From positions 6,528,001 to 6,592,000 of the forward strand of contig JASGJH010000001.1 in the NCBI GenBank assembly GCA_047601445.1: 64,000 bases of DNA, given 5' to 3'. Shown in pieces: positions 23,399 through 33,116 of the stretch (positions within the stretch are counted from its first letter, which is position 1; each line of letters starts with the position of its first letter). The stretch comes from Myxococcales bacterium (GTDB taxonomy: Bacteria; Myxococcota_A; Polyangia; Polyangiales; DASUME01). A model generated the notes under the pieces. The model was not told the DNA's origin. It did no database searches and saw only the letters and a list, made by a program, of their open reading frames with translations. The position numbers and the translations under genes were made by a program.

Positions 23399-23989
23399 AT
23401 GGCCGATGACTCACTTGCTCCGCCCCCACCCAGTCAAGGCGGAGGGACTGCGAAGTACCTGATCGCACTCTTGCTCCTGTTGGGAGGAGGCTTGGGAGTG
23501 TATTTCGCGACCCGGCCACCCGAAGCGCCTCCTCCTCCGCCGCCACCTCCGGTGAAGAACGCGGACCGCAGCACGGCCCTCGACAACAACGTCATGGCCA
23601 TCCCGGAAGACGAGCCGGACGCAGCTGCCCCCGTCGCGGAGCAGCAGCCGGTGAAGAAGCCGCGCGTCGCTGCGGGCGACCCCTGGGAGTGTGCCGGTGA
23701 CGTCGCGCCCAAGGACATCACCAAGATTCTCAATGAGTCCCAGAGCGCCATCCGCAGCTGCTACGAGCGCCAGCTCCGCAACGACAACGCGCTTCAGGGC
23801 GACCTCAAGCTTCAGGTCAAGATCGGCACCGATGGCGCCGTCGCCAGCACGCGCGTACGCGGCAGCCTCAACGACAAGACGGTCCGCGAGTGCATTCAGA
23901 GCATCGCCAAGCGCTGGAGCTTCCCGGCGCCCACCGGCGGCCCCTGTGCCGTATTCGATGCTCCCTACAACTTCATGCCCAAGAACTGA
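23399..23989 (+). CDS. AgmX/PglI C-terminal (TonB-C-like) domain protein
   Basis: TM, Pro-rich linker, IRSCYERQL..LQG and C...W.FPAP motifs. Confidence 0.85.
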   Translation: MADDSLAPPPPSQGGGTAKYLIALLLLLGGGLGVYFATRPPEAPPPPPPPPVKNADRSTALDNNVMAIPEDEPDAAAPVAEQQPVKKPRVAAGDPWECAGDVAPKDITKILNESQSAIRSCYERQLRNDNALQGDLKLQVKIGTDGAVASTRVRGSLNDKTVRECIQSIAKRWSFPAPTGGPCAVFDAPYNFMPKN

Positions 23990-24024
23990 GGATTTTCACG
24001 GGGAGGTCATGCGACCTTCCTGTT

Positions 24025-25692
24025 TCAGCCCAGTAGGTCGACGTGGTGCGGTGGCCTGAGCACGCGGCCTGCGCCGCTGCGTTCGAGCTCGGCCATCAGC
24101 GCGAGCACCGTGGGTTCGTCCCACGCGTCGCCCACGATCTGCAGCCCCATCGGTAGGCCGTCTGCGTCGAGGCCCACGGGCACCGTTCCCGCCGGCAAAC
24201 CCGTGAGGTTGGCCAGGAAGGTGTAGCGGCACATGGCCTGTACGCCCTGCGCGTCCAGCCGCCCCGTGCGATCGTCGCTCGAGATCAGAGGCAATCCGGT
24301 CTTGGCCGTGGTCGGCAAGGCGAGCGCGTCGACGTCACCGAAGCTGCGCGCCACCTGCACGCGCAGGCGCTCCCGCAGGGTCTGTGCCCAGAGATACTCG
24401 CGCGCGCTGAGTTGATTCACCATCAACATGAACGCCTGAACATCGAGCCCGAACGCCTCTCGATGCCGCTCGAAGGCGTGGGAGTAGCAGGCGTAGCTTT
24501 CGGCCGCGATGGTCAGGGCCCCGATGGGCAAGGCGCTCTGGGCCAGTGGAATCGTGATCTCGACCAGCGTGGCCCCGGCCTGCTCCAGGGCCTTGAGGGC
24601 CTGCTCGCCCGCATTCGCGATGGCGCTGTCGGCGTCGCGCCATTCCTTGGGGTCGACGCCGATGCGCAGCCCGCGTACGGAGCGCCGCAAGGCACGCTCG
24701 AACGCGCCCGGTGCAGGTGTGGGTGCGGCCAGGCTCAGCGGATCGCCCGGATCCGGGGCGGCCACGGCGTCCAAGAAGACCGCTAGATCACGCGTGCTCG
24801 GACCGAGCGGACCGAGGTGGTTCACGCTGCCCGTGAATGCGTCGCCCTTGCGCGAGACGCGACCGAAGCTCGGCTTCAGCCCGAACACTCCGCAGATGGC
24901 AGCGGGGATGCGGATGGAGCCGCCGCCGTCAGCGCCCACCGAGATCGGCGTCAGGCCCACGGCCGCGGCGATCCCCGCGCCGGTGCTGCTGCCACCCGCC
25001 GCGCGCTCCACGTGGTGCGGGTTGCGCAGGGCAGGGCGGTTGGGGTTGACCCCGATGGGCGACATCCCGAGCTCGGTCATCGCGGTTTGGCCCACCACGA
25101 TGGCCCCCGCTTCGCGCAAGCGGGCCACCAGGGTGGCATCGTGCTGCATGGGAGCGGGGCTCGGCAGCTCGTGCCCGAGCCGACGCGGCAGGCCACGCAC
25201 CGCCAGCTGTTCCTTGATCAACACGGGTACGCCGTCGATGGGACTCTTGGGCTTACCTCGGGCATAACGCTGGCTCGAGGCGCGCGCGGCCTCACGAGCG
25301 CCGAGCTCGTCCCGAGTCCACAGACAGCCCAGCAGGGGCTGGCGTTGGGCCAGGCGGTCGGCCTCGGAGAACACGTACTCGAGGACCCGCTCGGGGGTGG
25401 AGCGGCCCTGGAGGAAGGCGTTGGTCAGGGTCTGGCACGTGGGGGCCCAGCTCGGTGCGGTGGGCGGCTCGACCGACTCGTTGCCCTCGCGCGGCGCTCG
25501 CCCCTGGCGAGGTGAAGCCGAGGGCTCGAGTCGCTCGTTGCCCTCGATCAGCTCCGGAAGCCCAGTCATCCCCAGCTCTGCACGCAGGACGTCGGCGCCA
25601 AGCGCCGCGATGCGGGGTTGTCTCAGTGCGCGCGCCGCCAGTGCCAGCGGGTGTCCCGAGAGGCGTCCCGACAACAGATGTTCGATGGCCAT
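24025..25692 (-). CDS. Amidase-signature enzyme, fatty-acid-amide-hydrolase-like
   Basis: DGVPVLIK (catalytic Lys), GGSSTG, DGGGSIRIP, GLKPSFGR and NLTGLPA motifs. Confidence 0.93.
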   Translation of the reverse strand: MAIEHLLSGRLSGHPLALAARALRQPRIAALGADVLRAELGMTGLPELIEGNERLEPSASPRQGRAPREGNESVEPPTAPSWAPTCQTLTNAFLQGRSTPERVLEYVFSEADRLAQRQPLLGCLWTRDELGAREAARASSQRYARGKPKSPIDGVPVLIKEQLAVRGLPRRLGHELPSPAPMQHDATLVARLREAGAIVVGQTAMTELGMSPIGVNPNRPALRNPHHVERAAGGSSTGAGIAAAVGLTPISVGADGGGSIRIPAAICGVFGLKPSFGRVSRKGDAFTGSVNHLGPLGPSTRDLAVFLDAVAAPDPGDPLSLAAPTPAPGAFERALRRSVRGLRIGVDPKEWRDADSAIANAGEQALKALEQAGATLVEITIPLAQSALPIGALTIAAESYACYSHAFERHREAFGLDVQAFMLMVNQLSAREYLWAQTLRERLRVQVARSFGDVDALALPTTAKTGLPLISSDDRTGRLDAQGVQAMCRYTFLANLTGLPAGTVPVGLDADGLPMGLQIVGDAWDEPTVLALMAELERSGAGRVLRPPHHVDLLG

Positions 25693-25864
25693 GTGATTCG
25701 AGCGTAAAGTCCGCCGGAGTTTAGAGCAATGCTCGCGGCGGATCGCGGTTCCATAGGTCGGGTCGGACTGCTCGGGATAGGCTCGATGGGGTGGCCAGTG
25801 GTATAGAGGGCGCCCAGAGCGGTGGCTTCAGCCGCCGGGCATCGACAGGCAGGGGAGTCGTTTC

Positions 25865-26611
25865 ATGAGCGGCCATAATAAGTGGTCCACCATCAAGCAC
25901 CGCAAGGGCGCGCAGGATGCGAAAAAGGGCAAGATCTTCACCAAGGTGATCAAGGAGATCACGGTGGCGGCCCGCATGGGAGGAGGCGATCCCGGAGCCA
26001 ATCCCCGACTGCGTCACGCGCTCGACTTGGCTCGCCTCAACAACATGCCCGCCGAGAACGTCAGCCGCGCCATCAAGAAGGGCACCGGCGAGCTCGAGGG
26101 TGTCACCTACGAAGAGCTGGTGTACGAGGGCGTGGGTCCTGCGGGCACGTTGATCGTGGCCGAGATCATGACCGACAACCGCAATCGCACGGCAGCCGAG
26201 CTGCGCAAGGTCTTCGACAAGAACGGCGGGGCGCTGGGCGCAAGCGGTTCGGCCATGTGGGCGTTCGAAGCCAAGGGCATGGTCACGCTACCGCTCGCGG
26301 CAGCCACCGAGGAGCAGCTCTTCGACGTGGCCGTGGGGGCCGGCGCGGAGGACGTGCAGAGCGACGACGAGCGCTGGGTCATCATGACGCCGGTGGAGGC
26401 CCTCGAAGGCGTCCGCGTGGCACTGGTGGGCGCCAAGCTTCCGGTGACCACGGCGGAGCTCACCAAGGTGGCCAAGACCCCCAAGGTCATCGGCGGCGCA
26501 GACGCCGAGTCCGGTATGGGCCTGGTGGAAGCCCTGGAAGACCACGACGACGTGCAGAAGGTCTACACGGACTTCGAGCTGTCGGACGAGGCGCTCGCGA
26601 ATCTCTCGTGA
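25865..26611 (+). CDS. yebC: YebC/PmpR family protein
   Basis: MSGHNKWSTIK, YEG.GP.G, TDNRNRT and DDVQKVY motifs. Confidence 0.97.
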   Translation: MSGHNKWSTIKHRKGAQDAKKGKIFTKVIKEITVAARMGGGDPGANPRLRHALDLARLNNMPAENVSRAIKKGTGELEGVTYEELVYEGVGPAGTLIVAEIMTDNRNRTAAELRKVFDKNGGALGASGSAMWAFEAKGMVTLPLAAATEEQLFDVAVGAGAEDVQSDDERWVIMTPVEALEGVRVALVGAKLPVTTAELTKVAKTPKVIGGADAESGMGLVEALEDHDDVQKVYTDFELSDEALANLS

Positions 26612-27168
26612 AGGGCTCTCGCCGCGCCTGGCCGAACCTGCCCGGGGCAGCACCCGGGGCCGCCAAAGGCCCAGTCGGCCAGGGGGGCGTGCTACGTGTG
26701 CTGGGACTCGATCCCGGCAGCATCCGCACCGGCTGGGGTGTGATCGAGCGCCACGGGCAAACGGCGCGCGGCATCGCCGCGGGTGTCATCCGGGTCCCCG
26801 AGAAGGCGCCTTTGTCGGAGCGCCTGCACCAGATCCACGCGGGCGTGCGAGCGGTGTTGAGCGAGTACAAGCCCAACGCCGTGGCCGTGGAAGACATCTT
26901 CTTCGCGCGTTACCCGCAAGCGGCGCTGATGCTCGGACATGCGCGCGGCGTGGCCATCTTGGCAGTCGCCGAGGCGGGGCTCGGCGTGAGCGCTTATCCG
27001 CCGACCGTGGTGAAGCGGGCAGTGGTCGGCTCGGGCAAGGCCGAGAAATCACAGGTCGCCTTGCTGGTGGGCGCGCTGCTCGGGCTCAAGGAGCTGCCCA
27101 CCGTGGATGCCACCGACGCGCTGGCTGTAGCGATCACGCACCTCAATGTGATGCGGCTGGGCGCGTAG
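26608..27168 (+). CDS. ruvC: Holliday junction resolvase RuvC
   Basis: LGLDPG..TGWGV, AVEDIF, LGHARG, G.G.AEK.QV and DATDALAVAITH motifs. Start is 26608 (GTGA overlap) or 26689. Confidence 0.95.
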   Translation: MKGSRRAWPNLPGAAPGAAKGPVGQGGVLRVLGLDPGSIRTGWGVIERHGQTARGIAAGVIRVPEKAPLSERLHQIHAGVRAVLSEYKPNAVAVEDIFFARYPQAALMLGHARGVAILAVAEAGLGVSAYPPTVVKRAVVGSGKAEKSQVALLVGALLGLKELPTVDATDALAVAITHLNVMRLGA

Positions 27169-27174
27169 AGGGGC

Positions 27175-27362
27175 GGCGAGCGGCCATCTGTCAGGGGCCA
27201 ACGGCCATCCGCCGACAGCTAGCGACAAAGCGGCAAACAGCCACCGGCGAGCGGCAAGCAGCCCGCGGCGCGCGGCCGGCCGCTGTCCACTTGCTGTTGG
27301 CTGTCGGATGTCGGCGGGTTGCGGATGGCTGCTGGCTGATTGAGGCTGTCCGCTGGCCGCTC
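27175..27362. repeat. Palindromic array of degenerate 7-bp units between convergent genes (possible bidirectional terminator)
   Basis: About 15 units like RGCNANC followed by about 11 reverse-complement units like GNTNGCY. Confidence 0.8.
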
Positions 27363-28196
27363 CTACTCGAACAACGCGTCCACGACGCTCACTGGCACCT
27401 CGTCGCGCCCGCGTCCGCGCCCGATCATCACGCCTGGCGTCGCTTCGCCGTGGAAGTCGCTACCGCCCGTGAGGCGCATGCCCAACTCTCGCGCGGTCTT
27501 GCGGATCCTGCGTCGCGAGTTGGCGTCGTGCGCCGGGTGAACTTCTTCCAGGCCATCGAGTCCCTGGTCGCGCAGCTCGCGCGCGAGTCGGTCGATGCCG
27601 CCCGGTCGCTGGAGGTTGCGCGCCAAGGGATGCGCCCACACGGCTTTGCCGCCCGCCTCGTGGATCCAGCGGATGGCTTCCTCGGGAGACGGCACCTGCT
27701 TGCGCACGTTGGCAGGCGCCGAGTCGCCCAGGAAGCGCCGAAACGCGTCGTCCACGTCGCGCGCGAAGCCCTTCTGTACCATGGCCTTGGCCACATGGGG
27801 ACGCCCGGGGTTGGCGCTGCCGGCGACCTCGTACACGTCCTCCACGCTGATCGCGACGCCCAGGCTGCGTAGCCGTTCGACCAGCGCAGGGATACGGTTC
27901 TGCCGCGCCTCACGCTGCTCCTGCAGGTGCTGCACGAGCCCGGTGTGCTCCGGGTCGAAGCCGTAGCCGAGGATGTGCAGCTCCAGGTTCTCGAGGCGCG
28001 TGGAGAGCTCCACTCCCGGCAACAGACGCAGCCCGTAAGCATCCGCCAGGCGCTTGGCCTCGGCGAGCCCCGCGACGGTGTCGTGGTCGGTGAGCGCGAA
28101 GACCGCCACACCCGCGTCGCGCACGGCCGCGACCAACTCCGCCACCTGCATGCTTCCATCGGAACAAGTGCTGTGCATATGCAGGTCGCAGCGCAT
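27363..28196 (-). CDS. PHP-domain phosphoesterase (TrpH/YciV-like)
   Basis: DLHMHSTCSDG, LTDHDT, GVELS, HILGY, GRPHVA, AHP and GGSDFHG motifs. Confidence 0.93.
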   Translation of the reverse strand: MRCDLHMHSTCSDGSMQVAELVAAVRDAGVAVFALTDHDTVAGLAEAKRLADAYGLRLLPGVELSTRLENLELHILGYGFDPEHTGLVQHLQEQREARQNRIPALVERLRSLGVAISVEDVYEVAGSANPGRPHVAKAMVQKGFARDVDDAFRRFLGDSAPANVRKQVPSPEEAIRWIHEAGGKAVWAHPLARNLQRPGGIDRLARELRDQGLDGLEEVHPAHDANSRRRIRKTARELGMRLTGGSDFHGEATPGVMIGRGRGRDEVPVSVVDALFE

Positions 28197-28222
28197 CCCT
28201 CAAGTCTAGTAGTCTGTCCGTC

Positions 28223-28921
28223 ATGCTCACGCTCTTTCAGCTGCCGCGTGGACTGGGTGCGCCCAACTTGAGCCCTTTTTGCAGCAAGCTCGAGACCTAC
28301 CTGCGCATGGCCAAGATCCCCTACCAGATCCAGGTGAGCGACACCCGCAAGGCCCCCAAGGGCAAGGTGCCCTGGATCGAGCACGAGGGACATACGCTCG
28401 GGGACTCGAGTTTGATCATCGAGTATCTGAAGCAGCGCTTCGGTGATCCTCTCGATGGCGCGCTCAGCCCCGCGCAGCGGGCGCTCGGACGTCTCGTGCA
28501 GCGTACCCTCGAAGAGGGGACGTACTGGGTAGGTGTCTACGACCGTTGGGCGGTGGACGAGAACTTCGAGCGCATTCGTGAGCCCCTGTTCGGCGCCATC
28601 CTGGGCCGCCCCTTGATCTGGGTGGTGCCAGACTTGATCCGCAAGCGCATGCTGGGCGTGCTCTACGCGCAAGGGACATCCCGCCACACCCGCGACGAGG
28701 TCTACGCCATGGCCCGGGCCGACTTCGAGGCGCTCTCGCAGCTACTCGGCGATCAACCGTTCCTGTTCGGGGAGCAGCCCACCTCGTACGACGCGGTCCT
28801 CTACGCTTTCACCGCGCCCTCGCGCCATCCGTCCACCAGCACACGCTTCCGCGACCTGCCCCTGAACCTGCGCTCCTTCGCCGAACGCGTACACCAGGCC
28901 TACTTCCCCGAATTACCCTGA
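28223..28921 (+). CDS. Glutathione S-transferase family protein (metaxin/FAX-like)
   Basis: SPFCSKLETYLR, PKGKVPWI, DSSLII and FLFGEQPTSYD motifs. Confidence 0.9.
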   Translation: MLTLFQLPRGLGAPNLSPFCSKLETYLRMAKIPYQIQVSDTRKAPKGKVPWIEHEGHTLGDSSLIIEYLKQRFGDPLDGALSPAQRALGRLVQRTLEEGTYWVGVYDRWAVDENFERIREPLFGAILGRPLIWVVPDLIRKRMLGVLYAQGTSRHTRDEVYAMARADFEALSQLLGDQPFLFGEQPTSYDAVLYAFTAPSRHPSTSTRFRDLPLNLRSFAERVHQAYFPELP

Positions 28922-28940
28922 GATTTTTCGGGATCTTGTC

Positions 28941-29030
28941 TCGTTCGTGCCCGTGTCCGTGCCCGATCTTCCGATCGGACCGTGAAGGGCCGAGATCGTT
29001 TACGGGCACGGGCACGCGCGCGCGTACGAC
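28941..29030. repeat. REP-like inverted repeat built of CGTGCC/GGCACG hexamers between convergent genes
   Basis: Left arm CGTGCCCGTGTCCGTGCCCG, right arm TACGGGCACGGGCACG. Confidence 0.75.
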
Positions 29031-29063
29031 CCAGAAACGAGGCGCCCGACATCTCCGCGAAAG

Positions 29064-31169
29064 TCACGCGCTGCGGTTCTTACGCACCGCGCCCCGGCTC
29101 AACACTTCGCGCACCTTCTTGCCGATTTGTTCGACCGTGAAGGGCTTCGCCAGCGTGGGCCCCAGCGAGGCGTCGTAGGCCGACAGCATGTCCTTGCTGT
29201 AGCCGCTGATGAACAGCACCTTCAGCGAGGGGATGAGCTCGCGCAGGCGCGCCGCCACCACGGGACCGCTCGCCTTCGGCATCACGATGTCCGAGACCAA
29301 GAGGTCGATCTGCGGCGCTCCCGTGGCGTGGGCGATGGCTTGATCGATGTTCTCGGCCTCGAGCACGCGATAGCCGAGGTCCTTCAAGATCAGCGCGGTC
29401 ACCTCTCGCACCTGGGCCTCGTCCTCCACCAGCAACACGGTCTCGCTGCCCATCAGCTCGCCGCGCTCCGTGGGGCTCGCCACCGGCCCCGCCTCGGGCG
29501 ATGCCTCGGCGAAGCGCAGCAAGAAGCGCGAGCCCTTGCGCGGTGCACTCTTCACCTCGATGCTGCCGCCCATCTGGGCCACCGTGCCCCAGACCGTGAA
29601 GAGCCCGAGCCCCGAGCCCTTGCCCACGTCCTTGGTGGTGAAAAACGGCTCGAAAATGCGGTCCTGGACGTCCTTCGGCATGCCCATGCCGTTGTCGCTG
29701 ACTTCGAGCACCGCGAAGCGCCCGCTGCTGTTCTGCTTGCGTGGTCCACCGTCACGTAGGGTGCGCAGGGTGATGTTGCCGCCCTCCGGCGTGGCCGCGT
29801 CGCGCGCGTTGACCACCAGATTGAGCACGACCTGCTCGATCTGCCCGGGATCGGCGCGGATCAACAGCGGCTCCTTGGAGAGCGAAAGCTCCAGCGCGAT
29901 GTGCTCGCCGATCAAGCGGCGCAAAAAGGTCTCCATGCCGCGCAGCACCACGTTCAAGTCGAGCACCCGCGGCGCGACCGGATCGCGACGGCTGAGGGCG
30001 AGCAGCTTGCGCGTGATGTCCGCGGCGCGTTCGGCGGCCTTGCCGATCTCGGCCACCGGGCCCTGCAACGGGTCGTTCTTGTCCAGCTTGCGCGCTAGCA
30101 GGAACGCATAGCTGGAGACCACGGTGATGACGTTGTTGAAGTCGTGGGCCACACCGCCCGCCAAACGCCCCACGGCCTCGATGCGACGCGCGTCGTCTAG
30201 CTGGGCGTTGCTCGAGCGCAGGGCCTCCTCTGCGCGGCGATGCTCGTGGGACTCCACTGCCAGGGCGACGAAGTCGGCGAAGCTCCCCGCCAGCGCGTGG
30301 TCTTCGTCGGTCCACTGACGTGGCCGACCGAGCTGCTCGTAACACACCACGCCGAGCACCCGGTCACCCACGCGCACCGCGGCGTCAAGCGAAGACACGA
30401 TGCCGAGCGGGCTGAAGTAGTCCTGCAAGAAGCCCGCGAACACCGAGCGGTCGCGCACGTCGTCCACCGCGATCACGCGCTCGTCGTGCAGCACCTTGAA
30501 GTACTCGGGGTAGTCCTGAGCACTGAGCGGAGCGGTGACTGGGGGCTCGCTGAAGCGCGGGTCGAATACGTCGGCCATCACGAGCCGCGAGCCATCGGCC
30601 TCCAGCAGCCAAACGCTGACGCGTGCGACATCGAGGCTCTTCGAGGCAGCCTCCGTGATGGCCCGCAAGCCGGTTTGCAGGTCGCTCGAAGCCAGTTGCT
30701 TGGCCAGCGAGCGCAACGCCTCGTTGTGTCGCCGCAGCCGGTGCTGACGCTGGCGTTCGTTCTCCTCACGCGCGAGGTCGGCCCCTCGGCTGACCTCGCG
30801 GCGGCGCTGCTGCGCCTTGCTGACCGCACGCGTCAGCTCGATTTCGCCCACAGTCGCACACTCATCGATGCCCCAACCGATGGCCTCCACTTCGAGCGCG
30901 TACTCGGGCCGCACCACCAGGACGATAGGCAAGCCCGGCGCGCGGTAGCGCAGGGTGCGGGCGGTTTCGGGGACCCATCCGGCGATGCCCTGCCCATCCA
31001 GGCAAGCCAGGTCGAACTGGCTCAGATCCAGGCTGGTGAGCGCCTCTGGCTGCACCACCGTGAGCTCTCCGCCGGCGAAAGCGTTCCTCAACAGCAGGGC
31101 CAGGCCGTCTCGATTCAGGGGCTCGGGAGCCACCAACAGGACTTCCGAGACGGCACGATTCGAATCCAT
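29064..31169 (-). CDS. Hybrid sensor histidine kinase (degenerate REC-GAF-HisKA-HATPase-REC)
   Basis: GAF (SSLDAAV..GVVCYE), AHDFNN, NLVVNARDA, DNG.GM, FFTTK, GSGLGL, and a C-terminal LLVEDE..SD..KPF receiver. Confidence 0.93.
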   Translation of the reverse strand: MDSNRAVSEVLLVAPEPLNRDGLALLLRNAFAGGELTVVQPEALTSLDLSQFDLACLDGQGIAGWVPETARTLRYRAPGLPIVLVVRPEYALEVEAIGWGIDECATVGEIELTRAVSKAQQRRREVSRGADLAREENERQRQHRLRRHNEALRSLAKQLASSDLQTGLRAITEAASKSLDVARVSVWLLEADGSRLVMADVFDPRFSEPPVTAPLSAQDYPEYFKVLHDERVIAVDDVRDRSVFAGFLQDYFSPLGIVSSLDAAVRVGDRVLGVVCYEQLGRPRQWTDEDHALAGSFADFVALAVESHEHRRAEEALRSSNAQLDDARRIEAVGRLAGGVAHDFNNVITVVSSYAFLLARKLDKNDPLQGPVAEIGKAAERAADITRKLLALSRRDPVAPRVLDLNVVLRGMETFLRRLIGEHIALELSLSKEPLLIRADPGQIEQVVLNLVVNARDAATPEGGNITLRTLRDGGPRKQNSSGRFAVLEVSDNGMGMPKDVQDRIFEPFFTTKDVGKGSGLGLFTVWGTVAQMGGSIEVKSAPRKGSRFLLRFAEASPEAGPVASPTERGELMGSETVLLVEDEAQVREVTALILKDLGYRVLEAENIDQAIAHATGAPQIDLLVSDIVMPKASGPVVAARLRELIPSLKVLFISGYSKDMLSAYDASLGPTLAKPFTVEQIGKKVREVLSRGAVRKNRSA

Positions 31170-31352
31170 TGCGTGAACGTAATCAGACGGCGGCGAACTC
31201 TTCAAGCGGAGCTCCAACAAAGTGGTGGGATACTCTCTTTTCTCGCATCTTGATTGATGTCCTCCCAGCCGCAAAGCGACGGCGGATTCGAGCTTCGGAG
31301 GACCCCCCAACGCGGGGAACGCTCGACCAGTCCAGAGAGAGGAGCCGAGACC

Positions 31353-33101
31353 ATGGCCGACCGCGAAGCCGTTACCCAACCGAGCTTCATGCGAGCCCTG
31401 TGTATGGGCAGCATCGAAGAAGATTCGATCTTCCCCTATCCGAGCATGGACGCCGCGGAGCGCGACACCCTCAAGGACGTCATCGGATCCCTGGACTCCC
31501 TGCTCACCCCCCGCGAGGGCGAGTTTCGCCACTGGGACGAAAAGGGGGAAATGCCGGCCGAGTTTATCGAGGAGCTCAGGCAGTTTGGGCTGTTCGGCCT
31601 GGTCATCCCGGAAGCGCAGGGCGGGCTCGGATTTGGTAGTGCTGCATACTCTCGCGCCCTGCAGGAGATCGCGCGCCACGACGCCTCGGTGGCGGTCACC
31701 ATCGGCGCCCACAGCTCGATCGGCATGCGCGGCCTGCTGCTGTTCGGGACCGAAGCCCAGCGGGCGCGCTACTACCCCGAGCTCGCCAGCGGCAAGCGCA
31801 TCGCCGCCTTCTGTCTGACCGAGCCGGGCTCGGGGTCGGACGCCGCATCCATCCGGACCCACGCCGTGCAGGAAGGCGACCACTGGACCCTCAACGGCGA
31901 GAAGCTCTGGATCACCAACGGCGGCATCGGCAGCTTCTTCACGGTCTTTGCGCGCACCGAAGGGCAGGGGCACGGCCGCATCACGGCGTTCCTGGTTACG
32001 CCCGAGATGGGCGGGGTCAGCCATGGACCCCACGAAGACAAGATGGGGCTGCGCGCCAGCTCCACCACCACGGTGAGCTTCGATAACACTCGCGTGCCGA
32101 GCGACCACGTACTGGGCGACGTGGGGGCTGGCTTCAAGGTGGCCATGAACATCTTGAACAACGGCCGTACCGGCCTGGGCGGTGGCTCGGTGGGAGCGAT
32201 GAAGAAGGTTATCGCGCTGGCTGCCGCCCACGCTCGCGATCGCAAGCAGTTCGGCAAGCCCATCGCCGAGTACGGCGCGATCAAGCAGAAGCTGGGGCAG
32301 GCGGTGATCGACTGCTACGCGGCAGAGTCCACGGTGAACCTGGTCGCCCACATGATCGATGCCAAGACCCAGGACTTTGCGGTGGAGGCCTCCATCAGCA
32401 AGGTGTTCGCCAGCGAGGCCCTGTGGCGCACGGCCGACGAGGCACTTCAGATCGCAGGCGGCCTCGGCTTCATGCGCGAGCTGCCCTACGAGCGCGTGCT
32501 GCGCGACTGCCGCATCAACCGCATCTTCGAGGGCACCAACGAGGTGCTCAGGCTGTTCATCGCGCTGACCGCCATGAGCGACGTGGGCAGTCAGCTCCAG
32601 GAGCTCTCGTCCAGCCTCAAGGACGTGTTCAACGACCCGATCAAGGGCTTCGGGGTGCTCTCCGAGTACGCCCGCCGCCAGGCACGCATCCACACCAACT
32701 TCGCCCAACAGAAGCGCTTGACCAAAGTGGCCCCACAATTGGCCGACCTGGCCCCGCTGTTCGAGGCCCGCACCAAGGCGCTCGCCCAGGCCGTGGACCG
32801 CCTGCTGCGCAAGCACGGCCGGAACATCATCGGCAAGCAGTTCGCTTCGCGCCGCCTCTCCGACATCATGATCGATTTGTTCGTGCTCTCGGCGGTCATG
32901 AGCCGGGTGAGCACACGCCTCGCAGGCGCGCAGGCCGCCGAGGTGGAGAAAGAGGTGGTCATCGCCCGGGCCTTCGCCAGGCAAGCAGAGCTCCGTATGC
33001 AGCAGAACTTCGACCGCATCGATGACAACGATGACGAGTTGATCAAGCAGCTTTCGGATTTTGCGGTGGACAGGGAGGGCTATGCCTGGGATGTGATTTG
33101 A
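31353..33101 (+). CDS. Acyl-CoA dehydrogenase (VLCAD/ACAD9-like, with C-terminal extension)
   Basis: FCLTEPGSGSD, KLWITNG, KMGLRAS, RKQFG and IFEGTNE motifs. Confidence 0.95.
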   Translation: MADREAVTQPSFMRALCMGSIEEDSIFPYPSMDAAERDTLKDVIGSLDSLLTPREGEFRHWDEKGEMPAEFIEELRQFGLFGLVIPEAQGGLGFGSAAYSRALQEIARHDASVAVTIGAHSSIGMRGLLLFGTEAQRARYYPELASGKRIAAFCLTEPGSGSDAASIRTHAVQEGDHWTLNGEKLWITNGGIGSFFTVFARTEGQGHGRITAFLVTPEMGGVSHGPHEDKMGLRASSTTTVSFDNTRVPSDHVLGDVGAGFKVAMNILNNGRTGLGGGSVGAMKKVIALAAAHARDRKQFGKPIAEYGAIKQKLGQAVIDCYAAESTVNLVAHMIDAKTQDFAVEASISKVFASEALWRTADEALQIAGGLGFMRELPYERVLRDCRINRIFEGTNEVLRLFIALTAMSDVGSQLQELSSSLKDVFNDPIKGFGVLSEYARRQARIHTNFAQQKRLTKVAPQLADLAPLFEARTKALAQAVDRLLRKHGRNIIGKQFASRRLSDIMIDLFVLSAVMSRVSTRLAGAQAAEVEKEVVIARAFARQAELRMQQNFDRIDDNDDELIKQLSDFAVDREGYAWDVI

Positions 33102-33116
33102 GCGCGAGCAGGTTTC

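Noticed and set aside
31170..32984. Apparent 1306-aa kinase ORF 29064-32984
   Set aside because: The first ~600 aa are the antisense of the acyl-CoA dehydrogenase plus spacer; the real kinase starts near 31169.
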